64,000 bases of DNA. Origin: Pocillopora damicornis. Its lineage: Eukaryota. The notes under the pieces were generated by a model that was given only the letters and a program-made list of their open reading frames with translations, searched no databases and was not told the DNA's origin. The DNA is taken from assembly GCF_003704095.1 (NCBI RefSeq), contig NW_020846109.1:186001-250000 (forward strand). The letters are read 5' to 3'. This document shows positions 34,376 to 47,700 of this stretch, piece by piece; position 1 is the first letter of the stretch, and each line of letters starts with the position of its first letter. The position numbers and the translations under genes are program-made.

Positions 34376-36524
34376 ATGGAGAGCGCTAAGTTGAGGTCGA
34401 TTCCGAAGAAAACAAGTGAAAGATATTTTCTTTGCGAAATATGCCGAAGTCTTTTAGAGCGATTTCGTCGATGTGAATACTTAAAGTTGGATGGAAAAGG
34501 ATGCAACTGCGTGAATGAAGATGACGAGGGAGTCTCTAACGAATGTGAAGGATTCTATCAAGATAGCAGTTCTCAAACGGAATTGATGCACGGTGAGGGT
34601 TTTTTTCTTAAGTAAAGTAAAAAAAAGTATTGATGTTTGCGTCGTCCTTTAGAAATTCCTCGAGGCTTCTCCTTTCGTCAGCAAAGGGCGCAAAAATCGA
34701 AATGAGGGATCAATCGGTACTATTACATCATATTCCGTTGTAAGTTTGACAAGTCTGACTGAAAAAGCTCCATGTTACGTGATTGAAGTAATAACTAATA
34801 TTAAAGATCGAAGAACGACACGATGTTAAAGTTGAATTATTTGTCATCTTTTATCAGCTCCGCCTTCGACTTCTCAAGGGTTGGTCTATCAACTATCAGA
34901 TTCGCCTGCATATATGCATGCATCTCAAATACTCGATTTAAGTCCAAGAAACTTTCTCTTCGCAAGAGATAATCTTCCAAAAGATCAAGAGTATCGAGAA
35001 ATACGGAATCCCTACGTGCTGGTGATTAACATTGTAAACTTTATCAAGGACCCACGACCAAGGAATGGGGCTAAACACGATCAAGATAACGTGGAGAGGT
35101 TTGTCAGAGAAGCTGGTTTCAGCAATGTTCTGATGCATTTTGACCTGGACAAACAAGGAATGCTGAAAATTCTTGAAGAAACCCGAAAAAATGCAGATTT
35201 GGGTCAGTAGCTCTACATGTAGTCTCTATTTTTGTTACATCCATGAGGGTTCGTGCACTTTAAGTTTCGATTAGACCGGAAGTTAGCTGCTGTAGCAAAG
35301 TAATAGCGGATCTCGCAGAGCGTAGCCCCATAATTATACAAAATAGCAGTAACCCATCAAGCCGAAAAAATTTGGGTGTACGACCGTACAAGGTGCTACT
35401 TTTAACATGCGTGGTCAACTGTACCGCGGGCACGCCAACGCCACGGTTTTGTCCAGTAGTCCAGTGGTCAGTGCACTGGGCTCCGAGTCGGACGACCCGG
35501 GTTCTAGTCCTGGCCAGGGCAAGGCGTTGTGCCCTTGAGACGTGCGGGAAAAAATATGCGAGCTCCGCTTTTAGGCTTGGCTAAATATATATATTTTACT
35601 CCTAAAGTGTTAGGTTCTAAAAAAAGATTTCCTATTGCCATATCTATTTGCAACGTTTCCAACTTCTACTCCCCAATTCTATGGCGTCCAGAAGAGGTGT
35701 AATTCAAAGTTTGATTTGTCTAAAATGAGTATGAAGATCTCAGAATTTTTTCCTTGTTCACTGATAAAAGCACTCACAGGAAGGTGTGGTATTAAAACCA
35801 AAGGGAAATTCTGAGTTGCCAAAATAATTTTTTGCCTAAATTATATTGCAGTGAAGCTCCCTCTACCTCTGTTCAATACTTTGAATTGCAACTGATGCAA
35901 TATTGATTTCCTTTGTTATTCCGTACAGTTGAAAATGACAGTTTTATCTGCATTATTATGAGCCATGGCAACGAAGAAGGTATTTTATGCAGAGATCATA
36001 AAACTATTTCAGTGGAGACCATAATGGAGAAATTCCAGGGAAACAATGATGCTTGTCCTCAGCTTGCAACAAAACCAAAATTGTTCTTTGTTCAAGCATG
36101 CAGAGGAGAAATTGATGACAAAGGGTACTTTGCACCAAGAGGGCCAAAAGAAGTTAATCCTGATACATCTGACAACAATGAGATGCCTGTAAAACTTCCC
36201 TCTGATGCAGATTTTTTGATCGCCTACTCTACCACCAAAGGCACAATCTCTCACAGACGCTTCACAGTTGACAGAAGATATGCTGAAACACATAAGGAAA
36301 GTCTGGGTTCCTGGTTCATCTCTTGCTTAGTACAGGTTCTATGTGAGAACTCTCACAAGGAGGACTTAATGACTATGCTCACAAGAGTGAACAGAGCCAT
36401 GTGTGAATTTTACACTGAAGGTGGAAGCAAGCAGATTTCATGCCAACTTTCTATGCTCACAAGGAAAGTCTACTTTTCTAACTTCCTTGATAAGAAAAAG
36501 TGTGTGGGCAGCAACACAAATTAG
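34376..36524 (+). CDS. Caspase family protease A (about 385 aa, 3 exons, no CARD/DED recognised)
   Basis: Exons 34376-34592, 34858-35202, 35929-36524 in phase. LVINIVNF, RNGAKHD, ICIIMSHG (His), KPKLFFVQACRG (Cys), DFLIAYST, GSWFI, MLTRVN, SMLTRKVYF. Confidence 0.92.
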
Positions 36525-38388
36525 GCAAACCTTGACGACCAAACTGTGTTAATGGTGGCAGGGATTAGGGTGGAGCCAGGAAGTGGAAAGGGGTACCACC
36601 CTTTTTATTAATTTGTGGTGAGCCCTTCAACTCCCAATGTACAGAAATTTGTAGAAACAAATAACATCCTCAGCTGACGGGTTTGTTGTTGCTTCTTTTA
36701 CTTTTCTTGGATGGACTGTTGTTATGAACAAATTGTACAGCCTTCTGAAAGTGAACAAAAAGAGTTCAAATAAGTACTATCAACCTTCATCACTGTTTTG
36801 GACCTTGCCCACAATTTTTAGCTTGCCTATTATCTCAGTACCAGAACTGTNNNNNNNNNNNNNNNNNNNNNNNNNNNNNNNNNNNNNNNNNNNNNNNNNN
36901 NNNNNNNNNNNNNNNNNNNNNNNNNNNNNNNNNNNNNNNNNNNNNNNNNNTTGGACCTTGCCCACAATTTTTAGCTTGCCTATTATCTCAGTACCAGAAC
37001 TGTGACAGGTTACAAAAAAGTTCTATGAACTAAAGATTATTAAGCATTACATGCTACATAAGTATATTTCTGTAAAACTCATTTATGAAGAAGAGCCAAG
37101 GCTCAGAAACACCCTGAAATATTTTGGAAATTGTTAAAATGGGGCCAGTTGCATACAACAGCAGCAGTAAAGCACATAAATGTATATGATATTCATGCTA
37201 GTTTTCAGTGAAAATAAAGATGTTGTTACCATCTTTATAAAGTACATGACTAGATTAATAAAATGTGTTATGACACAGAATCATTTGATTCTGTCTAGAG
37301 TAAAATCTATGAAAATGCTACCAATGTTCTTATGTTTGCCATAAGAGACTCTTTCCTTTCCCTTCCCTCCCCTCCTTCAAAGCAGGCAGTGGTGGTATAA
37401 ACAGTGGGATTGACTGGTACTGGCCAGTGAATGGTTACTTGATTAGATCATTTTGCTGTTGTGTGCTTGGTTGTCAAGCCTTTGAACAGGAGTGAGGCTA
37501 AGGTTGACCTTGTTATGATAAAAAACCTTGTTGCCTTTCAAATGCAAATAAGTTTGTTATCATGCTAACTAGATACTGGTCTCCATCACAACAAGGTCAC
37601 CTTCAGCCTCACTCCAAATCAAAGGCTTGACAACTTAGGACACAACTGTAGAATGGCTTATTGTCAGTTCCTAAGCCAAGACCATGGGGGGGGGAGGGGG
37701 GAAGGGAGGGTGGGATTAGCTTTAAAAGCAGCTTAAACCTCCAAAGCAGCTTACAAACTGCTGCTAAGAAATTGAGCAAGGGGAATCCCATTAGCTGAAT
37801 TATTTAAGAAAGTCCTTGAACTAATCTCAAAATAATAGTACTCTCTTTAAAATTCCCTCCTTATGCCCAACCCTCTCAACAAATCCTCAGAATAAAGACA
37901 GGGAATTATGATGCTTTGATAAGGCTATGCGTATTGTTACTTATTAATAATTGCCCAATAGTTAGGCTAGAAAAATAAATTAGTCTGTAAAGCTGTGTAT
38001 CCACTTGTGATCTGGTGAGGTGTTCTCGACCAAAGTTGCTGTCTATTCAGTATTCATTAAAGCTAATGAAAAGTTCAGAAGAAAATGTTGGCACTCAATG
38101 TGTTATTAAGAAGCTCTTCCTCTTCCCAGACCCACTCATTCTCANNNNNNNNNNNNNNNNNNNNNNNNNNNNNNNNNNNNNNNNNNNNNNNNNNNNNNNN
38201 NNNNNNNNNNNNNNNNNNNNNNNNNNNNNNNNNNNNNNNNNNNNCACTCAATGTGTTATTAAGAAGCTCTTCCTCTTCCCAGACCCACTCATTCTCAAAT
38301 ACGCCCTCAGTATAGAAGTTTTAACTGGTAATTGATCATGTACTTCCTCCAATAAGTGCCCTGACACCGATTCAATATTTCAGCTTGT

Positions 38389-38641
38389 AGATTCTACGGT
38401 GAACGGAGAAAGACACAGCGAAAAATTGGGCTCTTGGTTCATCTCCTGCTTGGTGAAGGTTCTACAAGAAAATTCGCACGTTGACGACTTAATGACAATG
38501 CTGACTAAAGTGAATCAAGAAATGATCAAATATAGGACAGATGGTGGAAGCAAACAGATTCCATGCCATCTCACCATGCTCACGAGAAAAGTCTACTTTG
38601 CAAATTTCTTTGATAAGAACCGGCCTCAGACTTGCCCTTGA
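38389..38641 (+). pseudogene. 3'-terminal fragment of caspase B, part of the inverted duplicate 38389-39821 of 39922-41308
   Basis: Near-identical reverse complement of 41057-41308; lacks the catalytic SHG/QACRG region. Confidence 0.75.
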
Positions 38642-39132
38642 ACCAGAGACATCTGAATAGTAATTACTTCTTTTAGTTGCGATAATCTTTCTAGTAAATG
38701 GACATGTTTTAGCTAATAGCGTTGTCATATCAGTTCATCTATTGGCTGGGAGGACTTACATTTAGAAGTAGAACAAACTGCAAATAACCCCCACCCTCTC
38801 CCGCTCAGTAGCTAGAACTTCTCATCCAAAAATAACGCTTTTGTACTTGTTTTGAAAGGTGGTTCATGGAATAAAATAGTAAAATATTTTCCTCCGACAT
38901 AGATAATACGTTGCCTATCCAGAGTAAGTAGTCCAAGCAGTTGCGATACTGATTTTTTCATTTAACCAAGGGTAAATACTAAAACTGTAACTTGATAAGT
39001 TTGAATTTTACATGTACAGTTGTTAATAAAGGTTAACTGTCAACAGCACTTGAACAGAATAATTTGAGACACGGTTTGGTGCTACTCTGGTTTAAAGATT
39101 TATTGAATGTAACCGAGAAGTTGCAATACAGA

Positions 39133-39800
39133 GACCCAACCTTTTCGACAATCCTGTCTACTGCCTTTATCAGGGGTGATCTAATCGCTGTAACAAGAGG
39201 TCCTTTTATACACTCACTAATTAGCTGCCCTTTTTTTCTAATGAGGTGCAAGATAATTTTGAATTGCCAAGTGAATTTTGAATACCAAAGAGAATTTTGA
39301 ATAGCTACAACGTTAAAGTTGCTCAAAAACCTTTTCAGACTTTAGGGTTTATTTTTTCCTAAACGTAAGGATCCTGTCACGAAAGAACAACGAACCGACG
39401 CTATTCATTTTATTGCGTACGATGTTTGTGATCACGAGTATATCAGGCAGACCAAACGATAGTTTGGTACACGTTTGAAAGAGCGTCAAAAAGCTGTCTT
39501 CTTTTACAAAAAAGAAAATTCAGCTTTGACGAAGTGCATGCTTAACTAACCATAAAAATGGGTGGGATAAGCTAAAATTATCACCCCCTAATCGGCGTCA
39601 CTACCAACGCTTTTTTCGGAAGCCTGGCGTATCATCTCCGCCCTCTTGATGATGACAGCTTACAACCTGAGGCCTATTTACACCTCGTCAGAAAAAAGGG
39701 CAGCTGATTAGTGGGCAAATGGAAGGACCTCTTGTTGCAGCGATTAGATCATCCCTGATGAAGACAATAGACAGGAGTGTCGAAACGTTGGGTCTATGAA
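39133..39800 (+). mobile_element. Degenerate Penelope-like retroelement 3' end (inverted pLTR + GIY-YIG remnant + pLTR with hammerhead); mirrored at about 39922-40570
   Basis: About 39340-39530 translates as ..KDPVTKEQRTDAIHFIAYDVCDHEYIRQTKR*FGTRLKERQKAV..ENSAL, the decayed PLE GIY-YIG pattern. 39133-39250 is an inverted copy of 39680-39795. Confidence 0.75.
39746..39795 (+). ncRNA. Minimal type I hammerhead ribozyme of the Penelope pLTR
   Basis: CTGATGA (39755-39761), stem II GACA/TGTC, GAAA (39782-39785), palindromic AACGTT in place of stem III, stem I ATCC/GGGT. Confidence 0.65.
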
Positions 39801-41056
39801 TTATAACTTCTCGATTACGTTNNNNNNNNNNNNNNNNNNNNNNNNNNNNNNNNNNNNNNNNNNNNNNNNNNNNNNNNNNNNNNNNNNNNNNNNNNNNNNN
39901 NNNNNNNNNNNNNNNNNNNNNTCCTGTCTAGTGCCTTCATCAGGGATGATCTAATCGCTGCAACAAGAGGTCCTTCTATTTGCCCACTAATTAGCTGCCC
40001 TTTTTTCTGACGAGGTGTAAATAGGCCTCAGGTTGTAAGCTGTCATCATCAAGAGGGCGGAGATGATACGCCAGGCTTCCGAAAAAAGCGTTGGTAGTGA
40101 CGCCGATTAGGGGGTGATAATTTTAGCTTATCCCACCCATTTGTATGGTTAGTTAAGCATGCGCTCAGTCAATGCTGAATTTTCTTTTTTGTAAAAGAAG
40201 ACAGCTTTTTGACGCTCTTTCAAACGTGTACCAAACTATCGTTTGGTCTGCCCGATATACTCGTGATCACAGTCATCGTACGGAATAAAATGAATAGCGT
40301 CGGTTCGTTGTTCCTTCGTGACAGGATCCTTACGTTTAGGAAAAAATAAACCCTAAAGTCTGAAAAGGTTTTTGAGCAACTTTAACGTTGTAGCTATTCA
40401 AAATTCTCTTTGGTATTCAAAATTCACTTGGTAATTCAAAATTATCTTGCACCTCATTAGAAAAAAAGGGCAGCTAATTAGTGAGTGTATAAAAGGACCT
40501 CTTGTTACAGCGATTAGATCACCCCTGATAAAGGCAGTAGACAGGATTGTCGTAAAGGTTGGGTCTCTGAATTGTAACTTTTTGGTTACATTCAATAAAT
40601 CTTTAAACCAGAGTAGCACCAAACCATGTCTCAAATTATTCTGTTCAAGTGCTGTTGACAGTAAACCTTTATTAACAACTGTACATGTAAAATTCAAACT
40701 TATCAAGTTACAGTTTTAGTATTTACCCTTGGTTAAATGAAAATATCAGTATCGCAACTGCTTGGACTACTTACTCTGGATAGGCAACGTATTATCTATG
40801 TCGGAGGAAAATATTTTACTATTTTATTCCATGAACCACCTTTCAAAACAAGTACAAAAGCGTTATTTTTGGATGAGAAGTTCTAGCTACTGAGCGGGAG
40901 AGGGTGGGGGTTATTTGCAGTTTGTTCTACTTCTAAATGTAAGTCCTCCCAGCCAATAGATGAGCTGATATGACAACGCTATTAGTTAAAACATGTCCAT
41001 TTACTAGAAAGTTTATCGCAACTAAAAGAAGTAATTACTATTCAGATGTCTCTGGT

Positions 41057-42908
41057 TCAAGGGCAAGTTTGAGGCCGGTTCTTATCAAAGAAATTTGCAA
41101 AGTAGACTTTTCTCGTGAGCATGGTGAGATGGCATGGAATCTGTTTGCTTCCACCATCTGTCCTATATTTGATCATTTCTTGATTCACTTTAGTCAGCAT
41201 TGTCATTAAGTCGTCAACGTGCGAATTTTCTTGTAGAACCTTCACCAAGCAGGAGATGAACCAAGAGCCCAATTTTTCGCTGTGTCTTTCTCCGTTCACC
41301 GTAGAATCTGTGAACCTCCTGTGAGAGATACAGCCCGCGGTGGTCGAGTAGCTGATCAAAAAATCTGCCTCAGAAGGAAGTTTTACAGGCAACTCCTCGC
41401 TCTGGTCGCTATCAGCAACAACATTGTCTGATTCTTGCCCATTGGTGACCCAATACCCTTTGTCGTCAACTTTGCCGCGACATGCTTGAATGAAGAACAG
41501 TTTGGGTTTTCCCACCAGCTGGGGACACGACTCTTTGCCACCACGAAATTTAGCGGTTATTTCGTCTACTGGAATGGTTTCACCGTGCTTGCATAGGATT
41601 CCTGTCTCATTACCATGGCTCATGATAATGCAGATGAATGCGTCATGTTTACCTGCAAAAAAAGAAATGATTAGATAAATGGTAAATATTCAAGAGTCGT
41701 TTAATTACATAGACAGATCCTCCCCTAAATTTGAAAATAGTCTTTAAATTCGCTCTGAGTGGTTCAGAAAACTTGTACCACTCTCTCAACCGATCAGATG
41801 CAAAACTATAACCAATCACGATTTGGTCACCGACAATTTTCCGCGCTTTTGGTGGTTGGCTTGTTTTACGTTCGTTCTGTAGGGTATTTTCCTTTCTCTG
41901 TATTTGCCTCGTTCTTAATTTGGTTTTGTTGTTAGGATACGCGATCGAAAAGCGCTCTAAGTACAGTAACTGAACTTTCGGTCCATATCCTCATTCGGTA
42001 GTCTTATTCCCTTTTGATCACGCGTAATCTTTTCCTAGGTTGGAAAGAAGGAGCTTTGCGTAGCAAGACTCAACAACGGATACAGAGAGTTGGTAGACTA
42101 GGCATTTGGTGACTTGTCATAAAACCTGTTTGAGGTAGTGTAGAGAAACTTACCCAATTCTCTGTTTTTGCGGATTTCGTCAAGGATGTCTACGATCTCC
42201 TGTTTTGTTAAGTCCCCGTGCTGCCTTACAGCTTGGAAACCAGCTTCTTTAGCAAATTTCTCCACTTTTCTGAGGTCGAATTTAGCTCCATTTCTTGGAA
42301 CTGGGTCTCTGATGAAATTTACGTTGTTTATTACTAAAACATATGGATTCCGTACTCCATCGTACACTTGATCGTTCTGATGGTCTCTGGCTTTTGCAAA
42401 GTTCAGATACGTATCTGCCATTTGTGGATTAGCTGTCATGGAATCAAAGGCTTGAAATACAGATACTTGTCCTTGATTGTCCGGCGAACCTGCAGTGAAA
42501 TAGTTACAAATACGTATTCAAGATTTATTTCAGTAATCATTCTTCAACGATACGAGATGTTTGGCTCACCGAACTAGACAAATCATCCTTTGTATAATTT
42601 CACGTAGCCTCGAAAACTGAAACGAATTTATTTCATCGAAAAAAAAAATGTGAGGCTTGATACATGACCGGATGCGTACATCACTTAGTTCATTATGATT
42701 AGAATGCGATCGGTCGTTTTACATTGCCAGGCTCCAAAATCCTTTAGGATCCTGCTGGTGAAAAATCATGGTCATGTTTTAGTATGAATAGAACGTAAAA
42801 CATACCATTCTTTACTTCCTCGTGAGAGCTTCCATCTTCCGAAGTTGCTTTAATGGTATGTTCCTCTTCAACCTCTCTGATCAACCACTTAATTATAGAG
42901 TTGCCCAT
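41057..42908 (-). CDS. Caspase family protease B (about 344 aa, 3 exons, short prodomain starting MGNS)
   Basis: Exons 42908-42806, 42489-42154, 41652-41057 in phase. RNGAKFD, ICIIMSHG, KPKLFFIQACRG, GSWFI. Same intron phases and same 596-nt last exon as caspase A. Confidence 0.92.
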
Positions 42909-44798
42909 ATTTCAGGACTGTATTCACCAACGAATATTGATCATTAACGATGAAATCTTGCTTTTCTTTAACAAGCTAGGTCCTTAAATACGGATCGTGA
43001 CGAAAGTTTATTTGACGGAAGTCCAAACACGAACGCATTTTTCCTTTCTGGGCTATGACATCATGTAAGCGCCCCAGTCAAATCTTAAAATGAAATCATA
43101 CTTTTTCACTATCACTTCTTTTTTAACCCTATAATTACGATTTATCGTTCTTTTTTCTCGTAAAAGTTTCAAACGCACCTGGGAGCACGTCACCAACTGG
43201 TGTTTTCTACCGATTTTGAGCAAGGCAATATTGTTTAGGATTATCCTGCTAGATTCAGCGTGTGTTATCCTTATTTCCGAACAGATGTGTTTCAAGGTTT
43301 TCAGTTTCAAGCAGGTTTTCAGTTTCGAGAAGAAAAAAGACAAACATGATAGGTTTCAGAAGCTGAGACAAAAAAAAGACAAAAAACAAAGAAAAAAAAA
43401 AGAAAAGAAAACACTCAGGTTAACATAAAATAGGGGCCTCAACTTTCTGTTAAAAGATTATGAAACTAACCAATATCGCAGACGAAATTAACTGCGAACT
43501 TCACGTCTTCTGTTGCCAGAAGTTCGTAGAAACAAACCTCTACTCCGTTAGAAATTAATATTTTGTTGATGAATCGGACTGAATTCCTGATGATTTCTTG
43601 GCATTTCAAAAGAATTCGAAAAGTACCCACGACACAAGCATTCCGCAACGCAATAATTTCCACCTATTGCCTTTCCAAGAGATTACAAGTTGTAGGAGAA
43701 ATATCCACTCATCCCGCAGCATCTATCACGGCAAGGACGCATGCGCGTTCGCATTGATTCCTGAGCTGATAGCTCAAAACGCGCACACACTGTAAGTCAA
43801 TGTTCACTCGTGCACGAAATTATTCAACATGTTGAATATTCTGAGCTCATGGCACGCGTGACAAAAATCGCAGAACATGACACCGCACACTTGAGGAAAC
43901 AGCTTACGCCAACAGCCACGAGTGACGCTCAGCTCAGCTGATAGCTCTAGTGTGCGCCGGGCTTAAGCCATGCAACTGCCGGAAGTAGACGGTCTAAATT
44001 CAAGCTCTATTGTAACTTCCGGCAATTAGCAAAGCACTCACTCGAAATTCAATACACCAAGCGTGATCCGGTCCGATCGGTCACTTTGTTGTTTCAAATC
44101 TTAGAGATGTCACAGTCTCTTCAAATCTGTTTGTCAGCAATAAATAATTATATTTGTCCATATGATAGAGCACTTTCCAAGAACGCAATAACAAGCAAAC
44201 AAACACGCAATAAAGCGACCACCCCTAGGGAAATCATTTAAAGAACGAATTTTGCGCAGCGTGAGGACTTAATGCGCAACACCGTTTTGTTCACAAAACT
44301 TTTGTGTGGTGTTTGGTGTTTCCCGCTCAGCTGTCGTCTCGCTAAAGACATCAAAAGCAATGGACGCACAAAACTGGTCCGCAATAACACTACAGACTTT
44401 TATCGCACCACTAAGCTTTAATATCCTCGGAAGAAAGGTATTCTAAGCCATGTGTCATTAACTATTGATGCTAGTTCAGCCGGAGCGATCAGACGCGAAG
44501 TGTAAACAAAAGCGGACGGAGATTAGAGTTTGTTATGAATATGCGGTAGACGATGCTGACATCCAGTCACTGAGATAGCGTGCGCGCGCTTTAAATTACC
44601 CATCTCTATGTCTGGAACGCCGTTTCCAAACACAGTCGTGAAGGGATCAGTCTGGTTGTTATAGTTCGACGCTATGCATCAACCGAGTTACCACGCTGCC
44701 GGCGAATAGCATTCAAAGCCAATAGGAACGGACCAATTGGAAAAAAAACATTTTCACGTAATTCCTCGCTTAATAAGGACTACAGCTGGACTAGAAAC

Positions 44799-47700
44799 AT
44801 GGCGGATTGGAATAGGGATAAAACAGAATTATTGGATAAATGTATGTTGGCGATGAAGGAGGATTTGGCTCCATGGATGTCGCGTATATCTGGCTCGGAG
44901 ATAACGGTAGAGACGTTGATGGAAGATCTCGATACAGGAGTGGTATTGTGTAGGCTAGCTAACGTGATCCAGAACACAGGAGAAGAATTCCTTCACCGGC
45001 ACTCGTTTATTCCTCGAAATAACTTTCCTCCTTGCGGAGTAACGTACAAAGAGAGAACAGGTTTCCACGGTTCATTTATCGCCAGGGATAACGTGGCAAA
45101 TTTTATTCGCTGGTGTCGAGAGTTGGGAGTATCGGATGTGATAATGTTTGAGACGGAAGACCTTGTCCTTCACAAGAACGAAAAATCTGTTATTTTGACC
45201 CTTATGGAAATGGCGCGCTTGAGCGTAAAATTCGGACTTGAACCGCCGGATTTGGTCCGAATGGAGAACGAGATAGACGAAGAAATAAAACAGCAACCAG
45301 AGGAGGTTATAGCGGAACCGGTGATTCGTTTACAGAGGAAGAATAAATCGCACAGTCTAGATGATTTGGTGAGTAAAAGGACGTCTATCGATTAGTTCGA
45401 AAATAAAATGTCAATAGATTATCGCGCTCGTGTTGAATGATGAAGTGAAATATACACATAACGACAAAAAATCGCAGTATGAAATAATATACCCCCATAG
45501 TCGAAAAACTATACAAAATTCGCTATACTACCATTATTCAAATTAGGCACGTCTGACAGATTGATTTTTCTTATTTCAAAGAGTTTTCATTATCGTCATA
45601 TTGTGCTTTGCTTACTCTCCTTGTTTGCATTACAAAACGAGTAACTTCACGCGCTAGCCATTGATGTTTCTGATTTTTCCTTCAACTGTGTATCGAATCA
45701 CCTCGAGCTATTGCCAAAAAAAAAAAAAACCAACGCAGAGTAGTCAATAGTTTACCAAGGTCTTAGTCGTAATATTTTTAGAATCCATAACATTGTTTTA
45801 ATTTTCCCTGTATTAATACGTATGTAACTACATTACAAAGGGATTCGAATCATTCATCTGAAAGAAAAAGTTAACAAACGATTTTTACCGAAATAGGAAA
45901 GTAATAAAGTGTGTTGTGATCGACGAAATAGAAAGGGCACAGGTTTACATCAGATCATATTTAAATATGCTGTAATCTTGTCATAAAAAACTGAATTACT
46001 TTGGAGCTGTTTAGCATGAGGACCGAATGTTAATTTTACCATTATTGAACGTTGCATGTGTTTTTCATTTCAAATTTCTTTTTTTTTCTACAGGAAAGTT
46101 AAGTAGCTACCGTAGGTTGTAGTTTTAAGACCATGTTCTTTTTCTGTTTAATCCTCACAAAAAGGAAGACAAAGTCCTTGTGATTTTTAACAGTGAAGGT
46201 GAAAATCGTAGCTGTGAGTCGTTTTAAGCTTATTATGGAGAACGTGCGCAGGTTCTTAATATATCGTAGCAACAGCGAGGGGGTAACACGCGACTGATTC
46301 ACTGAGACGTAAATGTACAAAGTTTCTCCTTGTTGCATTTTTAGGCTTAGAAAAATTATACGCTTCTAATGAAAAACTCTGAACCGAAGAAATTCATTTG
46401 AAATTGAGCAAATAAATCATATTTTATGCTGTAAATAGGTTTGACCATTCTCGCACTTTCTATAAGAAATTAATCGCCCACCTTTCATAATTTGGAACAT
46501 TATCGTTAATTTCAATCTTTTTTCAACAGAACTGAAATATTTTTGGAACATCACCATTAAGTTCCTTTCGAATTGAATTTTTAACGCTTTCAAGCTGGAT
46601 GAAAACGTGGAATTAGATCCAAAAGTTTATAGGAAACATTGATGATTACATTTTGCTGTCACGTTCTCGTATTTAAATTTGCTTCTGAAATCTGAGTAAT
46701 ATTAGCTCCTTGTGCCTGATCGGAATGCTAAGAAATCATGAGCAGTACCCTCTTAGGTACGGTGAATTTTCTAAGGCGGAAAAGATATGGGAGAAGAAGG
46801 TAAACTTCGGTTGCATATTTTGATTTTAATGTTATGTTTCCATGGCGTGTTTGCGGGTCCAAACATCCAATGTTTTTTCTGCCACTTCACATGATAGTTC
46901 TAATGCATTAAAACATCCCCAATAATACAACCTTGCATATGTCTTTATAATTTCGGCAATCGCCACCTCTCAATGGACATTTTTTAGCTTTATGACGAAT
47001 AATTTGTACACTTTTGATCATCTGCAAAACGGCTTGGAACTTGATTTTCAGAATTTAAAGGACAAAATTCATGCTTGGTTTGGTATAACGAAATAATCCG
47101 CCTCCTCGATCGGTGTTGACATTTAAGTTCGTTAAAATCCGTTTGTGCTAATCCATTGATCCCTTTACAGGTTTTTCAACACCAGTTCTAAACACAAATT
47201 AAATTAGGTGGTCGGAGGGTGCGTCTCCGTCATTTGAATTCCGTAAATAACTAGACTAAAATCAGGTATGAATCGCTATCGACTTTGCAACCTGGAGTGG
47301 ACAAATCATTTTCATAATTTATCCACTCAAAAACGTTTTCTTTCGTAGGCAAACAAGCTCTTCAAGGATTTCGGACTCTCTTTATTACTAACATATGCCT
47401 CCCTTGTTGTTTACACTGGTTATTGCCTTTATCTTCTGTGAATCTTAAGCTTTTTCATATGCGGTTTTTAGGTCCTTTTATAACACATGCCCAAAAAATG
47501 TGTTGCTTTGGAACTCTAACGGGCGAATATGAAATTTAATCTGTTAATTCAGCTAGAATCTCCACCAAATCAGTCTCAATCAAAAATGAAACGTGTTGAA
47601 AAAATTAGACTTTTTCTTGTGGTAAATTTTCATTTCGAATCGTTGCTTGGGAGCCTTGTTGCTGACGTGGGTAACACGCTAACTGAGTGGTACTGCAGGT

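Noticed and set aside
36799-37002. 52-bp direct repeat on both sides of the 36851-36950 gap (likewise 38092-38297)
   Set aside because: Exact contig-end overlaps around 100-N gaps are assembly artefacts, not biological repeats.
39033-40719. ORFs of 78-102 aa at 39033-39326 and 40398-40719
   Set aside because: They span the inverted Penelope pLTR and flank, show no protein motif, and are duplicated only because of the mirror segment.
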